Translations under genes and position numbers: made by a program
The notes under the pieces: model-generated
The model's input: the letters and a program-made list of their open reading frames with translations, nothing else
The model's database searches: none
Told to the model about the DNA's origin: nothing
Shown: positions 42,336 to 53,200 of the stretch, one piece after another
Layout of the letters: every line of letters starts with the position of its first letter
Position numbering within the stretch: position 1 is the first letter of the stretch
Assembly (NCBI GenBank): GCA_964637295.1
Contig: CAZWWE010000001.1
Coordinates: 121,808-185,807 of the forward strand
Reading direction: 5' to 3'
Source: an uncultured Pseudomonadales bacterium
Lineage (GTDB): Bacteria; Patescibacteriota; Microgenomatia; UBA1400; PJMF01
Length of the DNA stretch: 64,000 nucleotides

Positions 42336-42781
42336 TCTTTTAATTTTTTAATTTCATTTTCAAAGTCGGCTAATTCTCCAAAATCGCGATAAACACTAGC
42401 AAAAAGCAAATAAGAAAGTGGATCTAATTTTTTCAAGCGATTGAGTACTAAATTGCCAATCTCCCAACTCTTAACTTCAAAAACTTCTCTTTGACGCAAT
42501 TTGGCTTCTACATCCTCAATCAATAATTCTATTTGCAACATGCTCACTGGTCTTTTCCAAGTAGCTTTGATCAAGCCTCTTTTAATTTTTTCACGATCAA
42601 AATTTTCCTTAACCCCATCTTTTTTAATAACTTTTAAATCTACTCCTTCTACTTTTTCATAAGTCGTAAAGCGTTTTTTGCAAACTTCGCAAACTCTTCT
42701 GCGTCTGACGCTATCCCCATTATCTGTTTCTCTAGAATCAATGACTGCTGTTTCACTACTTTTACAAAAAGGACACTGCAT
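42329..42781 (-). CDS. nrdR: transcriptional repressor NrdR
   Basis: MQCPFCKSSETAVIDSRETDNG…RRRRVCEVCKKRFTTYE: zinc ribbon plus ATP-cone. Confidence 0.9.
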   Translation of the reverse strand: MQCPFCKSSETAVIDSRETDNGDSVRRRRVCEVCKKRFTTYEKVEGVDLKVIKKDGVKENFDREKIKRGLIKATWKRPVSMLQIELLIEDVEAKLRQREVFEVKSWEIGNLVLNRLKKLDPLSYLLFASVYRDFGELADFENEIKKLKEN

Positions 42782-42822
42782 AGCTTATAATCTCAACTGG
42801 TAGTGTTTTTTATTTATCAAAA

Positions 42823-42838
42823 ACACAAAATATTGTGG
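42823..42838 (-). promoter_or_regulatory. NrdR box (ACACAAAATATTGTGG) upstream of nrdR-nrdJ
   Basis: 16-bp palindrome ~42 nt upstream of the nrdR ATG, matching NrdR-box consensus acaCwAtATaTwGtgt. Confidence 0.5.
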
Positions 42839-42903
42839 TTTGCTCAGTTGGGACTAAAAGGATCTCACGCCAGCTGGTAGCTTGTCAACTATGACAAACA
42901 AGA

Positions 42904-43482
42904 TCAGTTTTGCAAAGATTGATTCATCATGCTAAGTAGTTTTTTTTGGAGCACCTCATTTTGAGCAAAAAGTTCATCTAAAAAAGATTTGGCTTCATTG
43001 CTAAATTGATCTTGATTTTGCTCATAAAAATCAAGGTGCTTGTCACTCGCATTAACGATCGCTTTGACACTCAATTGATACCTTTGTTTTTTGTTCAAAC
43101 TAGCATTTTCCAAGAGAACAATGTTTTCTTCTAAAGCTTGATTAAGATATTTAATGGCCTTACTTAAAGTAGTAAAAGCCAAGTCTTGATCATTTTTTTG
43201 TAATAATTTTTTACTATAAAACAGGCGACGATTGGCATTAGAAACTAGAAGCTCCAATCTTTTATCGCTATCGGCTGATTCTAAACGCAAGCGGTCAATC
43301 ATCATTAAAAAAGGATATAAAGAGTGATCAGGCAAAATTTCTTTGGCAATGTAAAACTTACCAGCCACTAATTTTTCATGATTGACCAAGCGATGTTTAT
43401 TGGCTGATTGTAAAGAAAGTAAAATGATTGCATTCGCAAAAAAGATAGCAAAAACAATAAATAAATAATTAATCTTTTTCAT
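42904..43482 (-). CDS. hypothetical exported/anchored protein
   Basis: 192 aa with N-terminal signal/anchor helix; helical, no known motif. Confidence 0.35.
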   Translation of the reverse strand: MKKINYLFIVFAIFFANAIILLSLQSANKHRLVNHEKLVAGKFYIAKEILPDHSLYPFLMMIDRLRLESADSDKRLELLVSNANRRLFYSKKLLQKNDQDLAFTTLSKAIKYLNQALEENIVLLENASLNKKQRYQLSVKAIVNASDKHLDFYEQNQDQFSNEAKSFLDELFAQNEVLQKKLLSMMNQSLQN

Positions 43483-43488
43483 AAAACA

Positions 43489-44166
43489 CTAAAAATGAAT
43501 TAATAAGGCCATGCCCCAAATTGCTTGCACCATCAATAATAAATATGCATTACGCTGGCGATAAAACAGTAGGGCTTGGCCAAGCGCAAAAGTAAACAAT
43601 AATAAAATTTGTAAAAATACACTCTGCATGTCAAAACGCAATAAAATATTGGGTAAATGAAAAAGTAAAAAAATTAAAGCAACGGTAAAAATTTGCTTCT
43701 GCAGAGACCAAGCAGAAAATTTTTCTTCAATAGCCTGCATCACAAAACTGAAAAAAAACAGTGTTTCCCAGAAACCAGTGAGCAGGGCTAAAAATAATTC
43801 CAGCCAAAACCAATCAGCCAAATAATAAGGCACAAATTCAACCTGGCCATTTCTGCTTAGAGAACCCAACAAGGCTGCTACAAAACCAAATAAACCGCCA
43901 ATTGCTAAACCCATTAATAAGCCTGATTTCATTTTTTTAAACGCAAAAGTGGCTAAAATACGCGTGTCGTGACTAATCGCAATATAACCTAAACTAGGCA
44001 AGGCAAAAAAAATTAATTTGCCAATACTTTCATCAAACCAAACAGGAAAATGAAAAATACTGCGATAAAAAATCCACAACAAAAAAGTCAATAATAAAAT
44101 TGGCAAAAAAGTTTCAGTTTTTTTAACTCCAGAAAGAGTTTTTGCTCTAGTTTTTTTTGATGGCAT
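43489..44166 (-). CDS. polytopic membrane protein, possibly CPBP/Abi-type intramembrane protease
   Basis: ~6 TM helices; FLLFHLPN resembles the CPBP FxxxH motif. Weak assignment. Confidence 0.3.
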   Translation of the reverse strand: MPSKKTRAKTLSGVKKTETFLPILLLTFLLWIFYRSIFHFPVWFDESIGKLIFFALPSLGYIAISHDTRILATFAFKKMKSGLLMGLAIGGLFGFVAALLGSLSRNGQVEFVPYYLADWFWLELFLALLTGFWETLFFFSFVMQAIEEKFSAWSLQKQIFTVALIFLLFHLPNILLRFDMQSVFLQILLLFTFALGQALLFYRQRNAYLLLMVQAIWGMALLIHF

Positions 44167-44764
44167 TTAGGACAAGCTCTAAGGTTTTTTCTTTATTATT
44201 GGAAAAAGTATCAATTACTAAATCGTAGAGCTCTGGTCGCCAAAAATCAATTGCTGCTGTTGCTGGCAATTTTCCAGTCTCTACTACCCATTTTTGCCAT
44301 TCCTGATGATACATGCGTTGCCATTTTTCTAAATTACTTTGATAGCGACCTTGAATACTTCTTTTCGCCTCCGCCACATCGACGCCATCGCGATTGACGA
44401 TACGATCAACACGCACTGCATCGTCACTGCAAATCATCAAGACTTTTAAAGTGCCTGGCACGTTTTGCGCCATAAAACCAGAGAGCCATGATTCGATGAT
44501 CCATTTACTTTGAGTGCTGACTTTTTCACGAATACCATAATCGACCTGACGATCAAAGTCATCATTATAAACCGCGGCGCTGTGATGCGTAGTTTGGGCT
44601 GGATTAAACAAACCCTTTTCAATCGCATATGCTCGCATAAATTCACCGCCAGAAAAAGCCACCCATTGATCTTGACTTAGCTCTTCTTTGAGTAAGCCGA
44701 GCAAAGTGGTTGAACCACAACCTGGTAAACCAGAAATAGTGATGTTTCGATATTTTTGTTGCAT
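44147..44764 (-). CDS. P-loop nucleoside monophosphate kinase-like protein (cytidylate-kinase-like family)
   Basis: ITISGLPGCGSTTLLGLL Walker A motif; 205 aa. Confidence 0.45.
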   Translation of the reverse strand: MQQKYRNITISGLPGCGSTTLLGLLKEELSQDQWVAFSGGEFMRAYAIEKGLFNPAQTTHHSAAVYNDDFDRQVDYGIREKVSTQSKWIIESWLSGFMAQNVPGTLKVLMICSDDAVRVDRIVNRDGVDVAEAKRSIQGRYQSNLEKWQRMYHQEWQKWVVETGKLPATAAIDFWRPELYDLVIDTFSNNKEKTLELVLNAIKKN

Positions 44765-44776
44765 AGTCTGTCCGAA

Positions 44777-45274
44777 CTACTTTCTATTTTTTATTTGTTT
44801 TGTTAATAAGTGAGTGGCAACCAATTGCATTGACTGAGCCATCATGTCGATTTTTTGCCTCGCTTCTGCTAGGCTCAAAGCTTGTTGTTCACTGGCAAAA
44901 TAATGAAAAACGCGATTGCGACATTGTAGCCAAGTTTCCCATAATTGTCTGGCAATTTCTCGACCAAAAACTGCTTCTACATTGTCATACAGCCAATCTT
45001 CATCTCTTTGTTGTGCTCGCACATCGGGATTAAAAGCGCGCCCAATGCGAAAACGTCGCCCTTGATAGGTTTCTTGATTAATTAAATTTAAATCAAAAAA
45101 AACTTTCTTTAAAAAACCTTCGTAGGCCTTGGACATCGGAAAAACCATGAAAGAAAAATCTTTTAAATCAAGTAAAAAATCTTTTTTTTGTAATAAAAAA
45201 AAGCTAACCTCAACCAATTCTTTTTGGTGTAAATCTAGATATTGATACCAAGCTGTCTGCTTCAGATCATCCAT
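44777..45274 (-). CDS. hypothetical protein
   Basis: 165-aa ORF, no motif recognised. Confidence 0.3.
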   Translation of the reverse strand: MDDLKQTAWYQYLDLHQKELVEVSFFLLQKKDFLLDLKDFSFMVFPMSKAYEGFLKKVFFDLNLINQETYQGRRFRIGRAFNPDVRAQQRDEDWLYDNVEAVFGREIARQLWETWLQCRNRVFHYFASEQQALSLAEARQKIDMMAQSMQLVATHLLTKQIKNRK

Positions 45275-45335
45275 GAAGTAATTATAATAGAATTGGCAAT
45301 AAATAAAAATAGCAAGCTAAGGGTATAATAAAGAC

Positions 45336-47717
45336 ATGAATCCATTTTTATTGGCAGAAAGAAAAAAAGCCAAAAAACATCGTCGCCAAATCGCTGACAA
45401 AGGCTTTGCTGTCATTGAACAAATTAAAAATCATCGTTTGTATCAATTAATTCTATTGAGCATTGTTTTAATTTTTTTTGGTGTGCTAATTTATTTATAC
45501 AAACAACTACCTTCTCCCAACAATTTGACCGCTAATGAAAATTTTCCCGTCAGTACACAGATTTTTGATCGTCATGGCACCTTGCTTTATGAAATTTATG
45601 GCCAAGAAAATCGTATTCCCATCAAGATTGGCGATTTACCAGATCACGTTTTACAGGCTACAGTGGCCATTGAAGATAAAAAATTCTATTCACATCATGG
45701 CCTAGATTTAAGTGGTTTAATTCGTGCCAGTTTAAAAAATTTCCGCGGTGGTAATTTGCAAGGCGGCTCAACCATTACTCAACAATTGGTCAAAAATGCC
45801 TTATTAAGCAAAGAAAAAACTTTGCAGAGAAAAATCAAGGAAGCCGTGCTGGCCCTCATGACCGAAATTATTTACAGTAAGCAAGAAATTTTAGAAATGT
45901 ACTTAAATTATATTTCTTATGGCGGCACAGCCGTTGGCATTGAAGCTGCGGCTAATAAATATTTTAATAAATCTGCCAAAGATTTAAGTTTAGCTGAAGC
46001 CAGTCTTTTAGCGGGTTTACCTCAAGCTCCAACTATTTATTCACCTTTTGGTTCTAATCCCGAAAAAGGAAAAAATCGCCAAAAAGAAGTTTTGCGTCGC
46101 ATGGTTGAAGATGGTTACATTAGTCAAGCAGAAGCCGATCAAGCCAGTAACGAAATTCTAGCCCTGGCACTTTCTAAAACTGACATCAAGGCTCCACATT
46201 TCGTTTTTTACATCAAAGATTTGCTTTATGCTAAATATGGTGAAAAAACTGTTGAAACAGGAGGTTTGCGGGTCACCACTACGCTTGATTTAAGCTTGCA
46301 AGAAACCGCTCAAGCATCTTTATCAGGCGAGCTGAAAAAACTCAGTCATTTAAAAGTGGGTAACGGCGCAGCCTTAGTAAGCAAACCAAATACTGGCGAA
46401 ATTTTAGCGATGATTGGCTCTAAAGACTACTTTGATAATGAAGCCGACGGTCAAGTTAACGTCACTTTGTCTCTCAGACAACCGGGCTCTTCCATTAAAC
46501 CAATTATGTACGCCACTGCCTTTGCGAAAAAAACTCTCAATCCCGGCACGATGCTTTTAGATATCCCCACCTGTTTTCGCGTTGCTGGACAAAAAGATTA
46601 CTGTCCCAAAAATTACACTGGCGCATTCATGGGCCCAGTCACTATTCGTCAGGCTTTGGGCAACTCACTGAATATCCCTGCTGTCAAAGCTTTAGCCACG
46701 ATTGGCATTGAGACTTTCATTAAACAAGCTCAACTGATGGGCATCAATACTTGGACTGATCCGGCTAATTATGGCCTATCTTTAACTCTGGGAGGGGGCG
46801 AAGTTAAAATGATTGAGCTAGCAGAAGCTTTTGGTGTCTTAGCTAATCAGGGCGTACGTTTGCCTCTGACTGGAATTTTAGAAATCAGCAATTATAAGGG
46901 CGAAGTTTTGGAAAAATATGATCCTGAACAAGCTCGAGCTGACGTCGCCTTCTTAACTGAAAATGAGTTAGTGTTGGAACAAAATCAAGCCAAAAGAGTG
47001 ATGGAACGTGCACCAGCCTACTTGACCAATCATATTATGCAAGATAATAATGCTCGAGTTAACGCTTTTGGCTCAAATTCAAAGTTAGTCATCAAAAATA
47101 AAATTGTTTCTGCCAAAACTGGCACCACCAATGATCTCAAAGATAACTGGACAGTCGGCTACACTCCAGATTATCTGACTATTGTCTGGGTAGGTAATAA
47201 TAATAGTCAATCTATGAGTTATTTAGCTTCTGGTATTACTGGTGCGGCTCCAATTTGGCATGATATTATGACTTGGATTTTACAAGATCAAGAAGTGAGC
47301 TGGATAGAAAAACCAAACGATGTCAAAATTGCCAATCTTTGTTTAACGGGCATGCCAGCAAAAGCTGGTCTTGGAACTTTATTAATTAATGACCCCAATC
47401 ATCAAGATAAAAATTTAAGTCTAACTAATACTGATACTGATCCGATTGCCAGTTGTGAAAGCAAGGGCCAAGAATTATATTGGGAAAACTCCAAACCAAG
47501 CTATGCAGGGACTTTTCGCAAAGCATATTGGATTCGCAGTAGCACTGGCTTGCCGCCCAAAGAAGGTGAGGAAGCAACTGATTTGCAACTTGAAGAACAT
47601 AGCTTTTTTTATGATCCTTTAACCAAACTTTATTGTGCTGATTGTAACCGCCCCACTGACGAAACTGGCAAAATTATTTATGAAGCACAAATCGTTGATG
47701 TCAAAAATATTTTTTAG
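45336..47717 (+). CDS. class A penicillin-binding protein (second PBP1A-type paralogue)
   Basis: EDKKFYSHHG, GGSTITQQL, transpeptidase SxxK/SxN/KTG region. Confidence 0.85.
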   Translation: MNPFLLAERKKAKKHRRQIADKGFAVIEQIKNHRLYQLILLSIVLIFFGVLIYLYKQLPSPNNLTANENFPVSTQIFDRHGTLLYEIYGQENRIPIKIGDLPDHVLQATVAIEDKKFYSHHGLDLSGLIRASLKNFRGGNLQGGSTITQQLVKNALLSKEKTLQRKIKEAVLALMTEIIYSKQEILEMYLNYISYGGTAVGIEAAANKYFNKSAKDLSLAEASLLAGLPQAPTIYSPFGSNPEKGKNRQKEVLRRMVEDGYISQAEADQASNEILALALSKTDIKAPHFVFYIKDLLYAKYGEKTVETGGLRVTTTLDLSLQETAQASLSGELKKLSHLKVGNGAALVSKPNTGEILAMIGSKDYFDNEADGQVNVTLSLRQPGSSIKPIMYATAFAKKTLNPGTMLLDIPTCFRVAGQKDYCPKNYTGAFMGPVTIRQALGNSLNIPAVKALATIGIETFIKQAQLMGINTWTDPANYGLSLTLGGGEVKMIELAEAFGVLANQGVRLPLTGILEISNYKGEVLEKYDPEQARADVAFLTENELVLEQNQAKRVMERAPAYLTNHIMQDNNARVNAFGSNSKLVIKNKIVSAKTGTTNDLKDNWTVGYTPDYLTIVWVGNNNSQSMSYLASGITGAAPIWHDIMTWILQDQEVSWIEKPNDVKIANLCLTGMPAKAGLGTLLINDPNHQDKNLSLTNTDTDPIASCESKGQELYWENSKPSYAGTFRKAYWIRSSTGLPPKEGEEATDLQLEEHSFFYDPLTKLYCADCNRPTDETGKIIYEAQIVDVKNIF

Positions 47718-48921
47718 TCTTTTTTTATTTTTATTGCTAATTTTTATTATTTTATTTTCCATTAATATTTTTTACGAAATGCCTTTGTCCTCAGCGATTA
47801 ATAATGATAGCCGCTTGCGTTATCTTAAAGAATTAATTATTCCTAAAAAAGATAAAAAAGTAGTTTACGGTTTTTTACCCTATTGGAATCTTCGGGAAAC
47901 AAAGATCGAAAAAGAATTGACTCATCTAGCTTATTTCGGCTTAAATATTCAAGCCAATGGTGAAATTATGATTAAAAATGCCGATGGCAGTCTTGATCCT
48001 GGCTATCGAAACATGAATGAAGACATATTTTTAGAGTTAGCTACACAAATGCAAGCACAAAATGGCCAAGTGGAGCTGGTGCTCAAACAATTTGATGCTG
48101 ATGAAATCAGAGCTTTTTTAACTAATGAAAAAGCTCATCTTAAATTCTTGCAAAGCTTAGATTCCTTGCTCTTGGCTTATCCCATTGGCGGTATTAATAT
48201 TGACATCGAATATGCGGGCGAAAATAGTCAAGACTTACGCGAACATTTCCTCACCTTTTTACGCAAATTAGATTGGTATTTAGATAGTAAATATCCAAAC
48301 ATTTCACTCAGCATTGATGTTTATGCCAGTGCCGCGAGCAATCAGCAAAGCATTTGGGATCTGGAAAAACTTAGCCAATACCTTGATTACGTGATTGTCA
48401 TGGCTTACGATTTTCACCAAAGAAGCAGCGAACAGGCTGGGCCAGTCGCACCGTTGTTTAGTGAAAGCAACTCCTGGAACAAAGATATTAATCAACATCT
48501 AAAACAATTTTTTACTTTAATTCCGAGAGAAAAGATTTTATTGGGCATTCCTTTTTATGGTTATGGCTGGCGCACTGATTCTAATCAACCCAAAGCCAAT
48601 ACTTATCAAGATACAGGTTTTACTGTCAGTTATAAAAAAGCCAAAGAACTACTCAATTTAGCCGCTGGACAGCAACAAGAAGACAGCAGTTGGCCTGGAG
48701 CAAGTAAGATTCAATCAGGTTTTGATGAAAACGCCCTTTCTCCATATTTAAGTTACCAACAAGATGGAGAGCAATACCTAATTTATTACGAAGATCCGAT
48801 TTCAATCGCTTATAAGCTCGAATATGCTCGTCAACTAAATCTGGCGGGAATTGCCATTTGGGCACTGGGCTACGAAGATGCTGACGGCACCCTCTGGCAA
48901 GCGATCAAAAACGGCATCTAA
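47698..48921 (+). CDS. GH18 family glycoside hydrolase (chitinase-like), membrane-anchored
   Basis: YGFLPYWN, GINIDIEY catalytic D-x-E motif, LLGIPFYGYGW. Likely ATG MSKIFF overlaps the PBP stop. The track ORF begins earlier at 47635. Confidence 0.6.
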   Translation: MSKIFFSLFLFLLLIFIILFSINIFYEMPLSSAINNDSRLRYLKELIIPKKDKKVVYGFLPYWNLRETKIEKELTHLAYFGLNIQANGEIMIKNADGSLDPGYRNMNEDIFLELATQMQAQNGQVELVLKQFDADEIRAFLTNEKAHLKFLQSLDSLLLAYPIGGINIDIEYAGENSQDLREHFLTFLRKLDWYLDSKYPNISLSIDVYASAASNQQSIWDLEKLSQYLDYVIVMAYDFHQRSSEQAGPVAPLFSESNSWNKDINQHLKQFFTLIPREKILLGIPFYGYGWRTDSNQPKANTYQDTGFTVSYKKAKELLNLAAGQQQEDSSWPGASKIQSGFDENALSPYLSYQQDGEQYLIYYEDPISIAYKLEYARQLNLAGIAIWALGYEDADGTLWQAIKNGI

Positions 48922-48953
48922 GAAAAATAACAAGGCGGTTTTCTACCAAATTT

Positions 48954-49667
48954 CTACCAAATTTCGTAAGTCACAGAAACTACTTTGGCTACTTCAATTT
49001 TTTCTGGGGCAGTAGCGGCAAAATCAGCGGCTAAAACATCGCCATTCTGTTCTTGAGAAGAAAGAGTGCCGGCCACTTCGCTTAGATCATCGGTAATCGT
49101 CACAATTCTACCCAAACGTTTACCAGCAGCGCGAGCAATTTTTTTGGCTTGCTCACGGGCGTCCTTCATCGCTGCTTGACGCGCTTCCTGAGTAATCTCG
49201 GTCTGTTGATCGGGTAAAAAGCTAATGTTATTGATGGTGACGGCCCCATTAGTATAAAGAGCCTTGATCAGATCAGAGGTTTTAGCGGGCTCAAAGCTAG
49301 TTAGCTTAAACACATTGACCACTTGATAAAGCTTGTCGCCGCCAACAATGGTGGGTGTAATTTGATAAAAAGCTCTTTGAATTTCTGGGTTCGTCAACAT
49401 ACTTTTGCTCTGATCGATTAGAGTTTTGGTGCTGGTTTCACCTTGATTGACTGCTACCACCGGATCTACACTTGAGTCAACTCGGCTGACCGTCATTTCG
49501 ACTTTGGCTGGCGCAACCTGCAATTTGCCTGTGCCAACTACGGTGATGACTGCCGGTTTGAGGATCACACTGCGCAGCAAAATAAAAAAACCGATGCCCA
49601 ACAATAAAACCCATAAAAGTGATTTTTTATTTGATAAGGTGGGTGGAAAAGTGACAGGAATTTGCAT
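48954..49667 (-). CDS. SIMPL/DUF541-like periplasmic protein, putative
   Basis: 237 aa with N-terminal anchor; overall pattern reminiscent of SIMPL-domain proteins. Weak. Confidence 0.4.
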   Translation of the reverse strand: MQIPVTFPPTLSNKKSLLWVLLLGIGFFILLRSVILKPAVITVVGTGKLQVAPAKVEMTVSRVDSSVDPVVAVNQGETSTKTLIDQSKSMLTNPEIQRAFYQITPTIVGGDKLYQVVNVFKLTSFEPAKTSDLIKALYTNGAVTINNISFLPDQQTEITQEARQAAMKDAREQAKKIARAAGKRLGRIVTITDDLSEVAGTLSSQEQNGDVLAADFAATAPEKIEVAKVVSVTYEIW

Positions 49668-49732
49668 CTTAACTAAAAGTTTAGCATAAATCTTGGCCCA
49701 AAAATAGCAGAAAATTTGCTATACTAAAAATC

Positions 49733-50263
49733 ATGTGGAAAAAGAAAAGCTGGCCAAAATTTAATTTATTTCAAAAAATTTTTGCTAATCAAAAAATCGC
49801 CTTGTTGATCAGTTCTTTGGACAAATTCTTTATTAAATTACCTCACTTGCCTAAAAAACTCAGGCTACTGATCAGCCGTTTTGTGCCTTTCTTAGCCTTG
49901 ATTTTCGGTTTAATTGGCCTAGTAGCGAGCATATTGGCTGGTTCTTTTGTCGTTCTGGGCTTGCTCGCCGGCGAATGGGGCTTTTTAGCTGAAAATGCCT
50001 TCAACTTTGGGATAACTTTGCTAAGCGCCCTCCTGCTACTAAAATCTTTCAAACCGCTGCGGGCGGGCAACGCTGTGGGTTGGATTTATCTTTTTTGGTC
50101 AGAAATTTTGGAAGTCATCAACTTGATCGTGCGCACCATCAATCAAGAAAGTGGTTTGATTTGGAATTTAGTCATAATCATCTTGAGTTTTTACTGCTTA
50201 TTTGAAATTGGACAATTCTACGTGTATAAGAAAGAGAAGGAAAAAGGATTAAATACAATTTGA
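49733..50263 (+). CDS. hypothetical membrane protein (3-4 TM)
   Basis: 176-aa ORF convergent with and overlapping the 3' end of the giant gene. Confidence 0.35.
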   Translation: MWKKKSWPKFNLFQKIFANQKIALLISSLDKFFIKLPHLPKKLRLLISRFVPFLALIFGLIGLVASILAGSFVVLGLLAGEWGFLAENAFNFGITLLSALLLLKSFKPLRAGNAVGWIYLFWSEILEVINLIVRTINQESGLIWNLVIIILSFYCLFEIGQFYVYKKEKEKGLNTI

Positions 50264-53200
50264 TTCTTAAGTTTTTCATATAAAGAATTTAGAAGTATTT
50301 CTTCATCATTTAAGTTATCACTATTTGTTTCAAATGATTCTAGACCAAAAACATCTAGTCCAATACTTTCTAAAAAGCTCTTACCATCATAGATTGTTTT
50401 TTCTGTGCCGTTTATATAGTCACTTAGATGATCATTTCCTATTCTTAACAACATTCTGTTTATAGCAGCCATGTTTTTTACAAATAATCTCATATTCAAA
50501 GGAAATTCTAGCTTAAGTCTATCTGTTTCTTGCATCATGGCATTAAAAAATGAAATTTGTGAATTACTATCTGTATCGCGTTTGATTAGCTTTTCTTTAA
50601 GAGCAACTCTTAAATACGAAGCGTAGGCTTTCCAATAATTAAATAGTCCACTTTTTCTAACTTGATTACTGTTTAATAGATATCTTGTCAAATTAACAAA
50701 TTTATGAAAATCAGTTTCTTGATTAGACAAGAGAATTTTTATTAAATCAACTTCTTCTTGAGAAAGAACTAAATAATAACTTCTGTCGATAACTGAAACA
50801 TTGGATAAGGCTTCATCGGCCATAATATTTCCAATATGCAAATCAGAGTGCAAAATATAAGCTGTTTTACCATCTGCCAAGGTAACAGGGTAATTGAGAT
50901 GTTTGACATAATCGGTAACGATATCAGAAATCAATTCTTCAATACGCTTCGCTCTCTCATTATCCTGATTATTCACATGATGGTTTTCGCTAATTAATTC
51001 ATTTTCAAAATTTGCAATTAGATTTTTTAAAGTATCGCCCTCAACATAATCTTCAATTTTAATCCAACGGTTATAAATTTCGTGCTTGTTTGAAGTATTG
51101 AAAGTAAAACCAAACCTCGATTGATGTGGATATAATTGATTAAACAGGATGTCATTCGAGATAAAATTTTTATCTTGTATGTCTTCAGTATTCCATTGCT
51201 CTAGAGTATTAATTAATCTTTGAACAACTTCGTAATTTTTCTTATTACTTTTATCTAACTTCTGCAAATCATTGACAACTGACTCCACTAAAGTTCTCGT
51301 TTCTGCTACATCTATAATCACATTGGGATTACTGATTTTAAGAACTTTCATAGTTATCTCATCGTTCGTTGGATTGAGAATTTCCACTAGATAAGTTGTA
51401 TTAATTGATCCACCTCCAATTTTTTTAATGATTCTGATATTGGGTAATAATTCTTTGAGCTGCTTTGCTTGCGCCAAATTATAATCAATTTCTTCTTGAG
51501 AAGCTGCATTAGCTGGATTTTGTAAGGAATCAATGGCTGTTTCTGCACTTTGAAATAAATTCGCCATATATAAATTTGAGGCATTATCATAAACACTTAA
51601 AAATTCTTGCTGCAACTCTTTTGGTAAATCAAAATATTGACCAAATACTTGCAAAAACCGCACTCCCAAGCTGCCCAAGCTTTTAGCCAATTCAACAATG
51701 AATTGACCGGTCTGAATCTTACCGTTATTGCTTAAGTTTTGAATTGGCTCTCTTTTAATACCAAACTTTTTTAAACTTCTAAGAGCAATATTCTCAAATT
51801 GAGCGTTGAGATCAAAGACAAACTGATAATTACTGTTTTTGTTTATAACAATATTTTTATCTTGATTGAATAAATTTGTTAGCATTTTTCTAACTTTTTC
51901 TCGATAGTCCTCTGCAACGTCTGATGGCAAATTTTCACTGATTATTGTTTCAACTGCATAATTATTACTGACCGCTCTAGGATTTCCCTGCAAAAAACTA
52001 TCAGCTAGGGCTCTAGAAATACCCAATTCAATGCGCGTTGAACCTTCAACCTGGGATAAAGTTGAGCTAATAATATTTTTTAAAAGAGGTTTTAAATTTA
52101 ATTCTTCAGAATCTTCAAGCTGATCAGTTAAAAATGTAGCTATTTTGAGATGATTATCCTCATTCAATAGTAATTTTTCAGATAGCAATTTGGCAATAAA
52201 AGCTGTTTTTTCTAATTTTGATAAATTATAGAAACTCGCCACAAATTCCTCAAAAGTTGGAAAAGACGTTAATCCTGGACCAGACAAGTTGCCATTTTCA
52301 TCAACAAAAACGCTTGTTTTTTTGTGAATTAAGTAACTCGCTATTATAGAAAAAGCTTGCAAACTGCCGGAGTCTCTATCATAAGTTAATAGCGATGAAT
52401 AATATTTTGCTAAATAGTATTTAACTTTTTCGTGATCTCCTTTTATTGAGGCTTCAAAAAATCCGAGTAAATCTGTCTCATTCATATTAGTAATATAGTT
52501 TGAAACTAGAGTATCAACAGCAACTGTTCTGTCTAAACTCTTTTGCTCCGACCCCAAACTTTGATTTAAACTCTGATCTTCAGAAATAATTTTATATTCC
52601 TCAAAAGTTTTGACATGACTTTCTAAGAAAAAATGTATGTATTGATTATGTCCATTTTCTAAAGATTGTTTGAGAAAATCATACGCCTCATTAAAAGGTA
52701 ACTCTTGAAAGAGCTTAATCGCAATTTCTTCAAGAATTTGATTTTTAGTTTGCAATGAAGGGAAATTTTTTTCAAGAAAATTATACAAATCAACTCCTTG
52801 TAAATTTTTGGATTTTTCTTCAACAAACTTTAATTCATAGCTGATCAAGGGTTTTAATAAATTTGCTTCAACTTCATTGGTTCCAAAATAATATTCTTCA
52901 CCAGCTGTTCGATCTATGGCCGAAGCATAACGTCCGTTAGCTAATTCAAAAAACCATCTTAATTGAGTCGATACAGAAAAATTTATTGTTTCAGGAGCAA
53001 AATGAATACCTGGTCGAAAACCACTAATGTCTTGATTGATATCAGAAATATTTAAAGTGTTTAAATAGTTTTGCAATTCTTGGATGATCGTAAAATTACT
53101 AAACAAAGAAAAATTTTTATTAGACAATGGAGTATTTTTGCAAGCTTCTCTGATTTCATCAAAATATTCAGCTAAAATCTGCCATTCTTTGTCGTAAATT

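Noticed and set aside
48940-48965. Direct repeat TTTCTACCAAAT x2 at the GH18/SIMPL convergent junction
   Set aside because: A single short tandem duplication overlapping the SIMPL gene 3' end; no evidence of function.
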